Shown here: piece by piece, positions 5,837 to 15,700 of the stretch | How positions within the stretch are numbered: position 1 is the first letter of the stretch | Layout of the letters: each line of letters opens with the position of its first letter | Source of the DNA: Saprospiraceae bacterium | GTDB lineage: Bacteria > Bacteroidota > Bacteroidia > Chitinophagales > Saprospiraceae | Length of the DNA stretch: 32,653 nucleotides | Direction: 5' to 3' | Assembly (NCBI GenBank): GCA_004297645.1 | Contig: SCUG01000462.1 | Coordinates: 1 to 32,653, forward strand | The notes under the pieces: generated by a model | The model's input: only the letters and a program-made list of their open reading frames with translations | Told to the model about the DNA's origin: nothing | The model's database searches: none | Translations under genes and position numbers: made by a program

Positions 5837-8800
5837 ATGAAAACCCGGTTTACCCTCGTTTTTCTTGCGCTGCTCCTGGCTGCTACTTCCCGTGCTCAAT
5901 TCAACTGGCAACACACCGGCGGCCCTAACGGCGGCTCGCTTTCCCGGATTTATTCCAACGACGAGTACGCCTTTTACCCCGATGAGTATTTTCTATACCG
6001 AACCTCCGACGGTATGCATTGGGAAAAATTGCCCGAAGCGGATATCTGGCCCCTTGCCGCCAACGGAAGCAACTTAGTCGCTCAGGCGTTGGCAAATCAT
6101 TACTCTAATTCGGTCCCTGCCAAACTTATTATCAGCCACGACAACGGCGAAACCTGGACGGAAGGCAACATGCCACCCGGCGGCGAGCATTTTTCAGAAA
6201 TAGTATGGTGCAGTCACGGGATTTACATTCCCAACGGTCAGGAAAATTTCATCTTTCGCTCAGTAGATGAGGGGCAGACGTGGGACTCTATTTTTCCTCC
6301 ATTTCAATATGGCTATGACATCTGGGAGTTTGATGACAGGCTTTATGGTAGTAGTTCATCCGGCATCTGGCGGACGGACACCAACGGGGAGAACTGGACA
6401 TCCCTCACCGTACCGCTCGGTGCGAGCGAATATATCAGGACTATTTTTGCAAACGGCCAGCACATCCTGGTAGGAACGGAATCCAATATATGGCAATCCC
6501 ACGACGATGGACAGACGTGGTCGAACCAGAGCAAGCCCTGGGCAGAAAACTTCACTGCTTTTCAATTGGCGGGCGATAAAGTTTATGTTGCAGGAGGCGG
6601 AGGCAACCTGGCCCGCTCGGATGATTTTGGCGTGACGTGGGAGGCTCTATTTCTTGACGATACCTACCAGTTCAACTTTTATTATACGGCCACAGCAGGT
6701 GGGCAAATCCTTGGTAGTACTTACAACAGAGGCGTTCTGCGGTGGGACGAGGCATCGGGCACGATAGTTCAAGCCAACGAGGGCTTGGGGTCCGGTGCTG
6801 TTTACATTCTTGCAGCAGGTGGCAACCGGGTTTGGGCGGGCGCTGGAAATGGCGTTTTCCAATTCGATTTGTCGCAGGAAAACTGGAGCGCCAATTCACC
6901 TTTGCCAATACCAGAGTACTTTTACGAATCCATCGCTACCCCTGACAACGGCCTTGTTTGCGCCGCCGAATGGCTCACGGACCACTTTTTCCTGTCCACT
7001 GATTTCGGGCAAAGCTGGGACACCATTTACCCATTCACCGAACCCTGGGAGTTCGGCTATATTTCCCGCCTAATGCTTAGTGATGAAGTAATTTTCTTTT
7101 GGAATGGAGAATCTGACTACTCCCTGTGGCGCTCGGATGATTTAGGACAAAGCTGGCAACAGGTTGATGTTCCTTTTTATATTAGCAGTATCATTAAGTT
7201 CAATGGCCTGCTGTTGGGAAATACCAATCAGCAAATCTATTCTTCCTCAGATTTAGGGATGACCTGGGAGGTATTTTCAGATTTTCCCTATGGCAATATA
7301 CTTTCGATGTTCACTTCGGGCGACCGCTTGATGGTAGGAGTTTCAGTGAACATCAATGGGCAGTATCACCAGCGGCTCTATACTTCGACCGATGGCATCA
7401 ACTGGGCCTACGCGCACGATGGGCTGCCGGAGGTGAGTTTGTACATTGACCCTGACTCCGAGTATTCTCTACCCGGTTTCTACTACTATCAGGAAGAATA
7501 TTTCCTTTACACCCCATCCACGGGTTTTTTCGTTTCACAAGATTCCTGCAAGACATGGTTGCCGCTCGAAAATCGGAACGGGTATGCCGTCACTATGACC
7601 GATGGCAAGTTTTACGCAGGCAGTTTCGGAGGCGGGGTTATCAGGGCAGACGTTCCGGTCAATGCCTATGGCGAACTTGCAGAGGGTACGGTGTACCTCG
7701 ACGAAAACAACAATGGCGCGTTCGATGCCGGAGAAAACCCCATTCCGAACGTGAGGGTCAGTGTGGAACAGCCGGGCACATGGTATCCCTTTTATTTTAC
7801 CACCACTGCTGAAGACGGTTCCTGGTCGCTCGGCATCACGCCAGGTTTGCAGGACACCCTGCGCCCTTTGATTCAGTCGCCCCATTTGGAAAGCATCAAT
7901 CCGCCCTGGTACCTGGCAAACATGGGTGGCACAGGCAAAGATTTTGGTATTCATCTAACGCCGGGCATCACTGACCTGTCGGTGGCGGGCGGCTACATTT
8001 TCAGACCCCGGCCGGGCTTCGATTTTCGGATTTATGCCCACTACGCCAACGACGGAACAACGGACCCTGGCGCAGTTGTATCGCTCAAGCTCGACCCGAA
8101 CCTGACCTACTTACAGGCCACTCCTTCGCCAACTGCTGTTTTTGGCGATAGCCTTGTTTGGGACGTTGGCCAACTGCCCGTGCTGAATGGTGGAAATATC
8201 TGGGTCGGGACCAACGTTCCTGCCACTACCCCGCTCGGAACTTTGGTAAAAAGCACCTGGCACATTTCTTCCATCGCTACCGATGCAACGCCCGATAACA
8301 ACCTCTTGGTTTTATGCGATACCGTCGTCGGTTCTTATGACCCCAATGAAAAAAGAGTGCAACCTGCCGAAGGCCTCCGGCCCTCCGAAATTGCCGAAGG
8401 CAAAGACCTGCTCTACACCATCCAGTTTCAAAACACCGGCAACTACCCGGCGGAGCGCGTGCGCATCACCGACATGATCGACACGGCGCTGTACCTGCCG
8501 TCGCTGCGCTTTGTGGCGGCAAGCCACCCCGTCACCTCGTTCCAGCTCAGGCCGGGCGGCCTGCTCGAAGTCGTTTTCGACGGTATTCAACTGCCCGACA
8601 GCACGAGCGATGAAGCTGGGAGCCACGGCTTCGTCACCTTCGCCATTCAGCGGAAAAAGGCATTCGACCCCACTTACCGGGTGCGCAACATGGCGGCCAT
8701 CTATTTTGATTTCAACGAACCGGTTTTTACCAACGAGGTGAGTTTCACCATCAACGATACGCCCGTTTCCGTGCATGAAACGCCGGGGAAAACGGCCACC

Positions 8801-9052
8801 CAATTGCTCATTTTCCCCAACCCGGCGGAGCAGGAGTTTACCATTTTTTCAAACGGCCAACTGCATGGCAGCGGCACGATGACCCTCCAAAACGAGACTG
8901 GCCAAATACTGCTGCAATTGGCGGTGGAAGATTTGGGCAGGCCGCTCACCGTGCAGGCGGCGCAACTGCCGGACGGCCTGTATTTCGTCCACCTTTCGGG
9001 CGACACGGAGCGGATGGCCGGTAAGGTGGTGATTCAGAGCAGCAGGAATTGA
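5837..9052 (+). CDS. Secreted BNR/Asp-box repeat protein with a T9SS C-terminal sorting domain
   Basis: Signal peptide MKTRFTLVFLALLLAATSRAQ. At least 8 Asp-boxes (SHDNGETW, SVDEGQTW, SHDDGQTW, SDDFGVTW, STDFGQSW, SDDLGQSW, SSDLGMTW...). A 'YDPNEK...YTIQFQNTGNYPAERVRITD' domain. The C-terminus 'LIFPNPAEQEFTI...GLYFVHLSGD...GKVVIQ' is typical of a T9SS CTD. Confidence 0.9.
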   Translation: MKTRFTLVFLALLLAATSRAQFNWQHTGGPNGGSLSRIYSNDEYAFYPDEYFLYRTSDGMHWEKLPEADIWPLAANGSNLVAQALANHYSNSVPAKLIISHDNGETWTEGNMPPGGEHFSEIVWCSHGIYIPNGQENFIFRSVDEGQTWDSIFPPFQYGYDIWEFDDRLYGSSSSGIWRTDTNGENWTSLTVPLGASEYIRTIFANGQHILVGTESNIWQSHDDGQTWSNQSKPWAENFTAFQLAGDKVYVAGGGGNLARSDDFGVTWEALFLDDTYQFNFYYTATAGGQILGSTYNRGVLRWDEASGTIVQANEGLGSGAVYILAAGGNRVWAGAGNGVFQFDLSQENWSANSPLPIPEYFYESIATPDNGLVCAAEWLTDHFFLSTDFGQSWDTIYPFTEPWEFGYISRLMLSDEVIFFWNGESDYSLWRSDDLGQSWQQVDVPFYISSIIKFNGLLLGNTNQQIYSSSDLGMTWEVFSDFPYGNILSMFTSGDRLMVGVSVNINGQYHQRLYTSTDGINWAYAHDGLPEVSLYIDPDSEYSLPGFYYYQEEYFLYTPSTGFFVSQDSCKTWLPLENRNGYAVTMTDGKFYAGSFGGGVIRADVPVNAYGELAEGTVYLDENNNGAFDAGENPIPNVRVSVEQPGTWYPFYFTTTAEDGSWSLGITPGLQDTLRPLIQSPHLESINPPWYLANMGGTGKDFGIHLTPGITDLSVAGGYIFRPRPGFDFRIYAHYANDGTTDPGAVVSLKLDPNLTYLQATPSPTAVFGDSLVWDVGQLPVLNGGNIWVGTNVPATTPLGTLVKSTWHISSIATDATPDNNLLVLCDTVVGSYDPNEKRVQPAEGLRPSEIAEGKDLLYTIQFQNTGNYPAERVRITDMIDTALYLPSLRFVAASHPVTSFQLRPGGLLEVVFDGIQLPDSTSDEAGSHGFVTFAIQRKKAFDPTYRVRNMAAIYFDFNEPVFTNEVSFTINDTPVSVHETPGKTATQLLIFPNPAEQEFTIFSNGQLHGSGTMTLQNETGQILLQLAVEDLGRPLTVQAAQLPDGLYFVHLSGDTERMAGKVVIQSSRN

Positions 9053-9113
9053 CTTTTTATCCGGGGAACCGGCGGTCTTTCATTGCCACACCAATCATTA
9101 AAAGCGGAGCAAC

Positions 9114-10034
9114 ATGAAAATTTCTCGTAGCCCTTTGTCCTGTTTTAAGCTATACCATTGGCTGCCAGTGGTGGCTATAATTTGCTTTTCCTCAACCATT
9201 CAAGGTCAATCATGGCTGACAGACGGGCAGGTTTGGCTTTACAAAGTTCAGGGAGGCTGGATACCTGGAAATTATGGTATCCACACTTTAGAAGTAACCG
9301 GCGACACGGTCATCCAAAACATTCCGTGTAAGATTGTTACTCACTATCCTATTGTCACCCAGCCCTCTCGCATGTACGCTTATTCCAGCCAGCATGCGGT
9401 CTATTACTATGATTCGTTCGATGATGTTTTTTGGAAAATGTATGACTTCGATTTGCAGGCAGGCGATACGTTGGCCATGAAATTCAAAAAATACCGCATT
9501 GACAGCACAGGCATCATGGAAATCGGCGGTGCAAATGTGCATTATCAATACATTACTTTTTTCGGCGGCAACTGGTTTAACGGGAGTTATTTAGTCCTGG
9601 AAGGCATTGGTTTGGCAGGAAGGCCCATAGAAAACGATACAACGGTGTGCAGCTATTTTTTTCTGGACGAAAGTTTTTGTGCCTCAGCAGTGGATGGTTG
9701 GGACATTTTCTTCCGGTGTTTTTCGGACGATTTTTTTTTGTATGACCCGTTTGGCACTTGCAGCCCGACAGATATTCCCGGTGTTTTCAAAAAAAATATC
9801 GAACTCTACCCAAATCCTGTTGCCGATTGGCTTACGCTGAAATCCGATACCGGGATGGCTGCCCATTGGGTCGTTCTATACGACTGGCAGGGCAGGGCAG
9901 TTTGGCAAGGCAGCCCTGCCGGTGCTGCCATTGACGTAAGGGATTTTCCACCGGGTCTGTATATGTTGAAAGCCCGGTGGGAAGATGGAGGATTTTATTT
10001 TGGGAAGGTGATGATTCAGAGATATAAAAAGTAA
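9114..10034 (+). CDS. Secreted hypothetical protein with a T9SS C-terminal sorting domain
   Basis: N-terminal hydrophobic signal. The C-terminus 'IELYPNPVADWLTLKS...PPGLYMLKARWEDGGFYFGKVMIQ' fits the T9SS CTD pattern. Confidence 0.8.
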   Translation: MKISRSPLSCFKLYHWLPVVAIICFSSTIQGQSWLTDGQVWLYKVQGGWIPGNYGIHTLEVTGDTVIQNIPCKIVTHYPIVTQPSRMYAYSSQHAVYYYDSFDDVFWKMYDFDLQAGDTLAMKFKKYRIDSTGIMEIGGANVHYQYITFFGGNWFNGSYLVLEGIGLAGRPIENDTTVCSYFFLDESFCASAVDGWDIFFRCFSDDFFLYDPFGTCSPTDIPGVFKKNIELYPNPVADWLTLKSDTGMAAHWVVLYDWQGRAVWQGSPAGAAIDVRDFPPGLYMLKARWEDGGFYFGKVMIQRYKK

Positions 10035-10121
10035 CCGGTCCGTGATGCGTAGCACCCGCCAATGAGCACCTTGCTTAGGCGCTAAAAACGATTTGCACTT
10101 CCCAATCCCCGTACAAACAAA

Positions 10122-10156
10122 CGTGCCCCTGCCGCTCGCATAGCAGCAGGGGCACG
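10122..10156 (-). terminator. Intrinsic terminator after the 10178-13972 gene
   Basis: cgtgcccctgc (10122-10132) pairs with gcaggggcacg (10146-10156). On the minus strand the hairpin is followed by TTTGTTTGT. Confidence 0.65.
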
Positions 10157-10177
10157 CTCATTCTACAGTTCGCCGGT

Positions 10178-13100
10178 TTACATTTTCACGATTCGTTCTC
10201 TCCAGACCCAGCCATTCGGGCCGCCGTTTTTCAGCACCACGAGGTACACGCCCGAAGGCAGCCCGCCGAGGTTCAGCGGCCAGGGGGTTTCCGCTTCGGG
10301 AGGCCTGTGTTGTTGCAACACCTGTTTTCCATCGAACGACCAGAGTTCTGCCGTCCATTCGCCGGGTACCGGCAGGACGACGTACAACTGGCCGGACACA
10401 GGATTCGGGAAAATCTTCGGAGCAGAGAGTTCCTCTATTTCGCCGGCAGGCGTACCCGTGCAATCCACGTCAAACGCAACTGACAAACCCAAATCGAAAC
10501 AGGCATGGCCGGGAGAACTGTATTCGACGGCCCCCAGGTTGATGATGTAGCTGCCGGTTTGCGCGTAGGTATGCATGTACATACCGTCGGCATAAGGGCC
10601 AAAATCCAAATTGCCGTCGCCCCAGTCGATATAAGTAATGGAGTCGCAGGGTGGCAGGCCGCTGACGGTCAATATCGCCTTGCACAGCGAATCCACGATG
10701 GTGATGCTAACAGCGTTTTGCACGTTCTGGACGAACAGTTCATAATCGAGGCAACAACTGTCAACGGGGCATTCATTCTGGAACCAGGCCAGGTTGCAAA
10801 CGCAGGTGTCGCTGCCGCAAATGGTGCTCATGCTCAAAGAGTACCACCCTGCCAGGAACGGCGAGGGCAGCGTGATGAAAATGTTGCCCGGGGAAGTAAT
10901 GCCCGTGATGGAATTGTTAGGCCCGGTGAGTTGCCAATTTATAGGCGCCGCCAGACAGGAGTCTTCCAGACAACTGAAACTGCCGGTAATAATGGCACCA
11001 ACGATCGGTGGGCACTCGAAGTACATCGTGTCGCCGCAATCCACCGGAGTGGCGATGCCAGCATAGTTGAAGTTGAGATTCCAATCGCCGCAATGGCACT
11101 CGCAGTTTAAGGTGATGGTATCCGTCAAAAACTTTTCAAAGCAAATAAGACCGGTGTTCGGATCTCTCTCAATGGCTAAATAGGAAATTACGTAGGTACC
11201 GCTTTGCGAGTACGTGTGCATAATCATGGCACCAACGCCAAACGGCCCATAGTCCGTATTGCCATCTCCCCAATCGACATACTCGAAGGAGTCACATTCG
11301 GGCAAAGTACCAATATTGACGGCCGCCTTGCACAGCGAATCCACGATGGTGATGCTAACAGCGTTTTGCACGTTCTGGACGAAGGCCTCATAATCCTGGC
11401 AGCAGGCCACAGGGCAGAAAAAACAAAGGGTGTCGGTACAAACGAGGTCAGCGCCATCGAACGCATTAGGCCCCGAATACCAGCGGATTACCACACACTG
11501 AGGTACCTGGGAAGCATTGGTAATGTTGGAGAGGCAAAATTGGAGAAGACCGGGATAGTCACCTAAAGGTATAGAGGCATGGGGTGTAGTGTGGATAGTC
11601 AACAAGGTGCCGGCCGGCCCTCCATCTAATAGCAGACCACTGGGTGAAATAGAAGCATTGCTGAACCCAACACCTGGCGTGAGACTTTCCACTTGAATGA
11701 ATTGGATAGGTGCGGCGTGTATGCCGAAATTCATGCTGTAACAACAAGAATCAGAATCCAAAGAGTCCTTCGTCACCCAAAGCGAATCACAAGGGAAAGG
11801 GCAGTAAGTCACGCCGCCAGCCACGTTTAACCCGGTGACTGCTCCGGTGATATCGCTGTACTTTACCATGAGGCAGTTCTGTCCTGCCGCGAAATGCGAC
11901 TGCATGCCATCGGTGATAATCAGCGGAGGGCCGGCAAAACCTCCTGTTGCCGGGTAAGGAGGATAAGTAGGTACTGTGTAAATATTGTTGCTTCCCAGCC
12001 AGACTTCATCTATTACCTCATCAGCGCGGAGCTGTAGTGAAAGATTTGCGTCGGAGAAGCCTGGCGGCAGGTTGAAGCACACCTCATAGGTAAACTGTTG
12101 CGGTGTCCCTGGCAGTTGGCCGTTACACCCTAAGGGGCAGGCTGAAATCCATTGACTATTTGAGAATGGTAAGGCCCAAAGTGGATGGGCAGGTGCAATA
12201 ACATCAGCCGGGCGAGGCGTCGGTATCGTGGTTACAGGGTCGGCTATTACCCACCAGTCGAGGTCAGGCGCATTATCCACGTCCATACCTGGCGTATTTA
12301 TAACCGTCGAATTCTGGTTATCCCATCCCGTGTTGAGCACTATTGTAGCAGTGTCGCAACCGCAATTCACCGTCACCGGCGTGCACATTTGCTTGTACCA
12401 GCAAAAGTCCCCGCTTCCATTTTGCTCATAAACGGTTACGCAAATATTGTAGGTGCCGCTTTGTGCGTAAGTGTGCATCCACATCCCGTTGGCGGGCACG
12501 AGCACTTGCAGCACAGGTGTCCCGTCGCCAAAATCGGGCGGCGTACCAAACCAGTGGCAGGAGTCGAACTGCGGTGCGGTTACCGTCACTTTGCAAGAGT
12601 CGCCTATGGCGACCGTGAAGCCCTGGTTCACCAAGTTGCAAAAGGCATCGAAGTCGGCGCAGCAAGAGTCATGCGAACATTCAGCAGGGGCCAAACACAC
12701 GTCATCCACGGCAATGTAAACCCCTCCAAAAGCGCTATCCGTCCGGGTGATAAAAATCCGGTCAATACCGGCAGCGGGCAAGGCGGATGAATTAAAATTG
12801 AAGCTGATGGTTTGAAAATTTTCGTCGCAGGTACCCGGAATGGCGTAGGTGCCCAGCAGGATGGCTGGCGGCGAAAACAAATTCGGATTGGTTGGAGCCA
12901 ACGCGCCGGGCGTCCCGGTGCTTGCTGCACCCACCGGCACGCCAAAGACGCTGACGCCGGGCGTCCCAAAATAGAAGCCTAAACAGGCCAGCTTTAGGGA
13001 AAGCTGGTAACAACCTGAATTTTGAGCAATGGCCGCGCCCAATTGGTTCATAATCCCTTCACGCCATACCGGCTGGTTGGCTTGAAGCCTGCACCAAAAA

Positions 13101-13972
13101 CTGCTAAAATTGCTTTGCGAAAGCGGCAAAGGAGGCGTGCCAGGCGGCAGTGGCGATACGGTATTGTAAAAATCGCCCGTGCTGCCCCCTGTCCAGATGC
13201 CGCTCCAGTTGGTTGCCAAGCTGATGCTCTCGTCATTACCGTTGGGCGTTCCCAGTTCGAAAGAACCGTTTTGAACAATATTGCCGGGACAGACGTCCAC
13301 CACCGGGCAGGAAAAGACGAAGCTCGTATCGCAAGTCGCGATGGCGCCGTTTGCTGCGTACTGAAAGTTCACCGTTAGCGTGTCGGGGTTCGAGCCACCC
13401 GTGACACACCAGCTCAGTGCATTCTGGAAGAAGCCAACGGGGATGAAGCCGGAGTTGTGCGTCAGCACGAGTTCACCCGCATTGGGCTGGCTGACCGACC
13501 AGCCGTTGAAGTTGTCCACACTCAGGCCGGTAAACGTGGCGCTGTTGAGTTGCAGGTGGATTTGGGTAAAACAACTGTCCACCTGGTTGTCAAAAAACAG
13601 GAGGGAGCAGCAGTTGGGCGGGATGGTGTGCAATTGCTCCACGAACACGGAGAGGCTATCGCATTTTGAAGCCACCAGACTTGATGGGTGTGTGGATAAA
13701 TTCAGGCTAAAATCTGCCGGGGTTTCCGGGCATTTAGGGCTTGTAGGGTGCGCAACGTCTTCTTTCCCGGCGCCGGTGCCAAACTGCGCTCCGGGAGAAA
13801 TAGTAAGGCACGGGAATAAGTAATTCTCAACGAGGTCATATGTCGGGTCGTTGTGCACCCGGCCTGAAAACAGGGTGGCAACGGCCTTGCCATTTTTAAT
13901 GAAAGAGAAGTGAGGGCCTGCGGCCAGTAATAACAGTGCGGCCAGTAATAAGTAGTGTAAAAAATTTTTCAT
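10178..13972 (-). CDS. Very large Cys-rich secreted protein with PKD-like modules and a T9SS C-terminal sorting domain
   Basis: The likely start is MKNFLHYLLLAALLLLAA (ATG 13972; the ORF opens at 14002). There are three 'CC.D[YF][ED].F...(D)[WF]GDG...MHTY[AS]Q[ST]G[ST]Y' modules (PKD-like). The C-terminus 'KIFPNPVSGQLYVVL...SGVYLVVLKNG...RIVKM' fits a T9SS CTD. Confidence 0.85.
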   Translation of the reverse strand: MKNFLHYLLLAALLLLAAGPHFSFIKNGKAVATLFSGRVHNDPTYDLVENYLFPCLTISPGAQFGTGAGKEDVAHPTSPKCPETPADFSLNLSTHPSSLVASKCDSLSVFVEQLHTIPPNCCSLLFFDNQVDSCFTQIHLQLNSATFTGLSVDNFNGWSVSQPNAGELVLTHNSGFIPVGFFQNALSWCVTGGSNPDTLTVNFQYAANGAIATCDTSFVFSCPVVDVCPGNIVQNGSFELGTPNGNDESISLATNWSGIWTGGSTGDFYNTVSPLPPGTPPLPLSQSNFSSFWCRLQANQPVWREGIMNQLGAAIAQNSGCYQLSLKLACLGFYFGTPGVSVFGVPVGAASTGTPGALAPTNPNLFSPPAILLGTYAIPGTCDENFQTISFNFNSSALPAAGIDRIFITRTDSAFGGVYIAVDDVCLAPAECSHDSCCADFDAFCNLVNQGFTVAIGDSCKVTVTAPQFDSCHWFGTPPDFGDGTPVLQVLVPANGMWMHTYAQSGTYNICVTVYEQNGSGDFCWYKQMCTPVTVNCGCDTATIVLNTGWDNQNSTVINTPGMDVDNAPDLDWWVIADPVTTIPTPRPADVIAPAHPLWALPFSNSQWISACPLGCNGQLPGTPQQFTYEVCFNLPPGFSDANLSLQLRADEVIDEVWLGSNNIYTVPTYPPYPATGGFAGPPLIITDGMQSHFAAGQNCLMVKYSDITGAVTGLNVAGGVTYCPFPCDSLWVTKDSLDSDSCCYSMNFGIHAAPIQFIQVESLTPGVGFSNASISPSGLLLDGGPAGTLLTIHTTPHASIPLGDYPGLLQFCLSNITNASQVPQCVVIRWYSGPNAFDGADLVCTDTLCFFCPVACCQDYEAFVQNVQNAVSITIVDSLCKAAVNIGTLPECDSFEYVDWGDGNTDYGPFGVGAMIMHTYSQSGTYVISYLAIERDPNTGLICFEKFLTDTITLNCECHCGDWNLNFNYAGIATPVDCGDTMYFECPPIVGAIITGSFSCLEDSCLAAPINWQLTGPNNSITGITSPGNIFITLPSPFLAGWYSLSMSTICGSDTCVCNLAWFQNECPVDSCCLDYELFVQNVQNAVSITIVDSLCKAILTVSGLPPCDSITYIDWGDGNLDFGPYADGMYMHTYAQTGSYIINLGAVEYSSPGHACFDLGLSVAFDVDCTGTPAGEIEELSAPKIFPNPVSGQLYVVLPVPGEWTAELWSFDGKQVLQQHRPPEAETPWPLNLGGLPSGVYLVVLKNGGPNGWVWRERIVKM
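10676..10735. repeat. 60-bp perfect direct repeat inside the Cys-rich gene (partner at 11324-11383)
   Basis: cgccttgcacagcgaatccacgatggtgatgctaacagcgttttgcacgttctggacgaa is identical at both sites, offset 648 bp (216 codons). It encodes FVQNVQNAVSITIVDSLCKA in both modules. Confidence 0.9.
11324..11383. repeat. Second copy of the 60-bp perfect intragenic repeat
   Basis: Identical to 10676-10735 by direct reading. Confidence 0.9.
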
Positions 13973-14230
13973 GGCAAGGATTTTATTGGTTACATAGAAC
14001 ATGCTGCTGCAATTGCAACCCCGTAGCTCTGTACACTCCCGCCAAAATCCCGGAACTGCACTTCCCGCCTCCGGATTTGTGTTTGCAACTACTTCAAATA
14101 TACGCTTTGTTTAATCCAATGTCAAGTGGGGCTTCGGTAAATAGAAATCCCTGCTATGGCCATCGGAGTATCCCTGCCTTGCGGCGAATCCTATTCAGGT
14201 GTAGGCAGTAAATGCCCCTTTAATAAAAAG

Positions 14231-14266
14231 CCGTGCCTCCGGTGAATAATTCAGCCGGAGGCACGG
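14231..14266 (-). terminator. Intrinsic terminator after the DUF2911 gene
   Basis: ccgtgcctccgg (14231-14242) pairs with ccggaggcacgg (14255-14266), a 12-bp perfect stem. It is flanked by an A-run and a T-run, and on the minus strand it is followed by CTTTTTATT. Confidence 0.75.
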
Positions 14267-14311
14267 TGTTTTTACAGCGGCGAAACTGCCTCAAAGACAT
14301 CCATTGAATCC

Positions 14312-14854
14312 TTAGAAAACAAAGGGCACACTGACCATCGTGTCATCCCACGCCATGACCATGTTGGCGCCATTGTCAGTTTTTTCAAAAACGATGGAAA
14401 AAGCCTCGACGGTGGATGCTGTCTTTTGCACGGGAACTTCGTAACGAAGCACATCGGAAGATTCCTTGTACTCGTAGGCCCCCCATTGGTTCAGTTCAGA
14501 ATTCAGGATTACCGTCCACTTATCTTTTTCGGGAATAGTGAACAGGCTGTAAGTACCTGCTTTGATGGCCTTGCCACCGAGAGTCGTGTTTTTATAAAAA
14601 GTGATTTCGGTGGCTTCGTTGGCGCCTGTGCGCCATACTTTGCCGAGGGCCTCCAGGCCGCCGAAGATTTCTCTTCCGTTCTTTTGCGGGCGGCTGTACA
14701 CTACTTTCACGGCTTTATCAGAGCCGCGTGCCGGGAAGGACGCAATGTCCATAGGGCTTTTGTCCAAAGGCGGAAATTCTTGAGCCGTAGCTGTTTCGGA
14801 GGTAAATAGAATTGCTGCGCAAGCTAACAATCCGGGGAAGAATAATTTTTTCAT
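14312..14854 (-). CDS. DUF2911-family secreted protein
   Basis: Signal peptide MKKLFFPGLLACAAILF. 'VVYSRPQKNGREIFGGLEALGKVWRTGANEATEITF...GKAIKAGTYSLFTIPEKDKWTVILN...WGAY' matches my memory of the DUF2911 pattern. The ORF opens at 14872, but MKK at 14854 is the likelier start. Confidence 0.75.
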   Translation of the reverse strand: MKKLFFPGLLACAAILFTSETATAQEFPPLDKSPMDIASFPARGSDKAVKVVYSRPQKNGREIFGGLEALGKVWRTGANEATEITFYKNTTLGGKAIKAGTYSLFTIPEKDKWTVILNSELNQWGAYEYKESSDVLRYEVPVQKTASTVEAFSIVFEKTDNGANMVMAWDDTMVSVPFVF

Positions 14855-14872
14855 GCTAAAGGTTTTAATCAA

Positions 14873-14928
14873 GGTTTAGACGGTTTAGGAGGTTTAGGAG
14901 GTTTAGCCGGGTGCAACACCTGCTAAAC
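14873..14928. repeat. Tandem 9-mer (GGTTTAGNN x4) running into a hairpin; GGTTTAG family
   Basis: ggtttagac ggtttagga ggtttagga ggtttagcc (14873-14908). gtttagc (14901-07) pairs with gctaaac (14922-28), with an inner ggtg/cacc stem. It shares GGTTTAGGAGGT and GGTTTAGC...GCTAAAC with 29626-29688. Confidence 0.8.
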
Positions 14929-15076
14929 TTTTTCACCCTTCTCTCAACCTTCCGAACCTGAATAGTGATGTTAAAAAATGAAGGCGTATGCCGGATAATG
15001 TTCCATTAACACGGGTAAAACAATTTAGTTATCCCATCTTTGGTGAAAAATTTTTTCGAACCCAAGCATTTTGACC

Positions 15077-15667
15077 ATGCCGGAGTTTTTCACTTTCGTA
15101 CACGTTGGTTTCCGGCACATCGCCGATGTGGAGGCCTACGACCACTTGCTTTTCGTCATCACGCTTTGCGCCGTGTACCGGCTACAGGAGTGGAAAAAGA
15201 TACTCGTCCTCGTCACGGCCTTCACCATCGGGCACTCGCTGACCTTAGTGCTGTCTGCACTCGACATCATCCGGGTGCCGCCCGGCGTGGTGGAGCTGCT
15301 GATACCCGTTACGATTCTGCTCACGGCGCTGCACAACATTGGGATGAAAAGCACCGGTGGGAGCACCTTTTCGCGGGTCGTCTCCGTCAACTACTTTCTT
15401 GCCCTGTTTTTTGGTCTGATACACGGCATGGGATTCTCAAATTACTTCCGCACATTGATGGGGGATGCGGGAAATATTACCTTGCCGCTGTTTTCATTCA
15501 ACGTGGGCATCGAGTTGGGGCAGATGATGATAGTGCTTTGCTTCTTCGGCGCGCTGCTGCTGCTGACGCAGTTTTTGAAAATAAAACACCGGGAGTGGAC
15601 CCTGTTTTTTTCCGGCGCCGGCGCCGGCGTGGCCATCATTCTGATTTTGAAAGGGCTGAATGCCTGA
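15077..15667 (+). CDS. HupE/UreJ-family membrane protein
   Basis: 'GFRHIADVEAYDHLLFVITL...VTAFTIGHSLTL' together with multiple TM helices fits the HupE/UreJ_2 pattern. ATG at 15077 (the ORF opens with TTG at 15071). Confidence 0.75.
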   Translation: MPEFFTFVHVGFRHIADVEAYDHLLFVITLCAVYRLQEWKKILVLVTAFTIGHSLTLVLSALDIIRVPPGVVELLIPVTILLTALHNIGMKSTGGSTFSRVVSVNYFLALFFGLIHGMGFSNYFRTLMGDAGNITLPLFSFNVGIELGQMMIVLCFFGALLLLTQFLKIKHREWTLFFSGAGAGVAIILILKGLNA

Positions 15668-15700
15668 GCATCCGAAACATAAAAAGCCGTACATCGCAAC

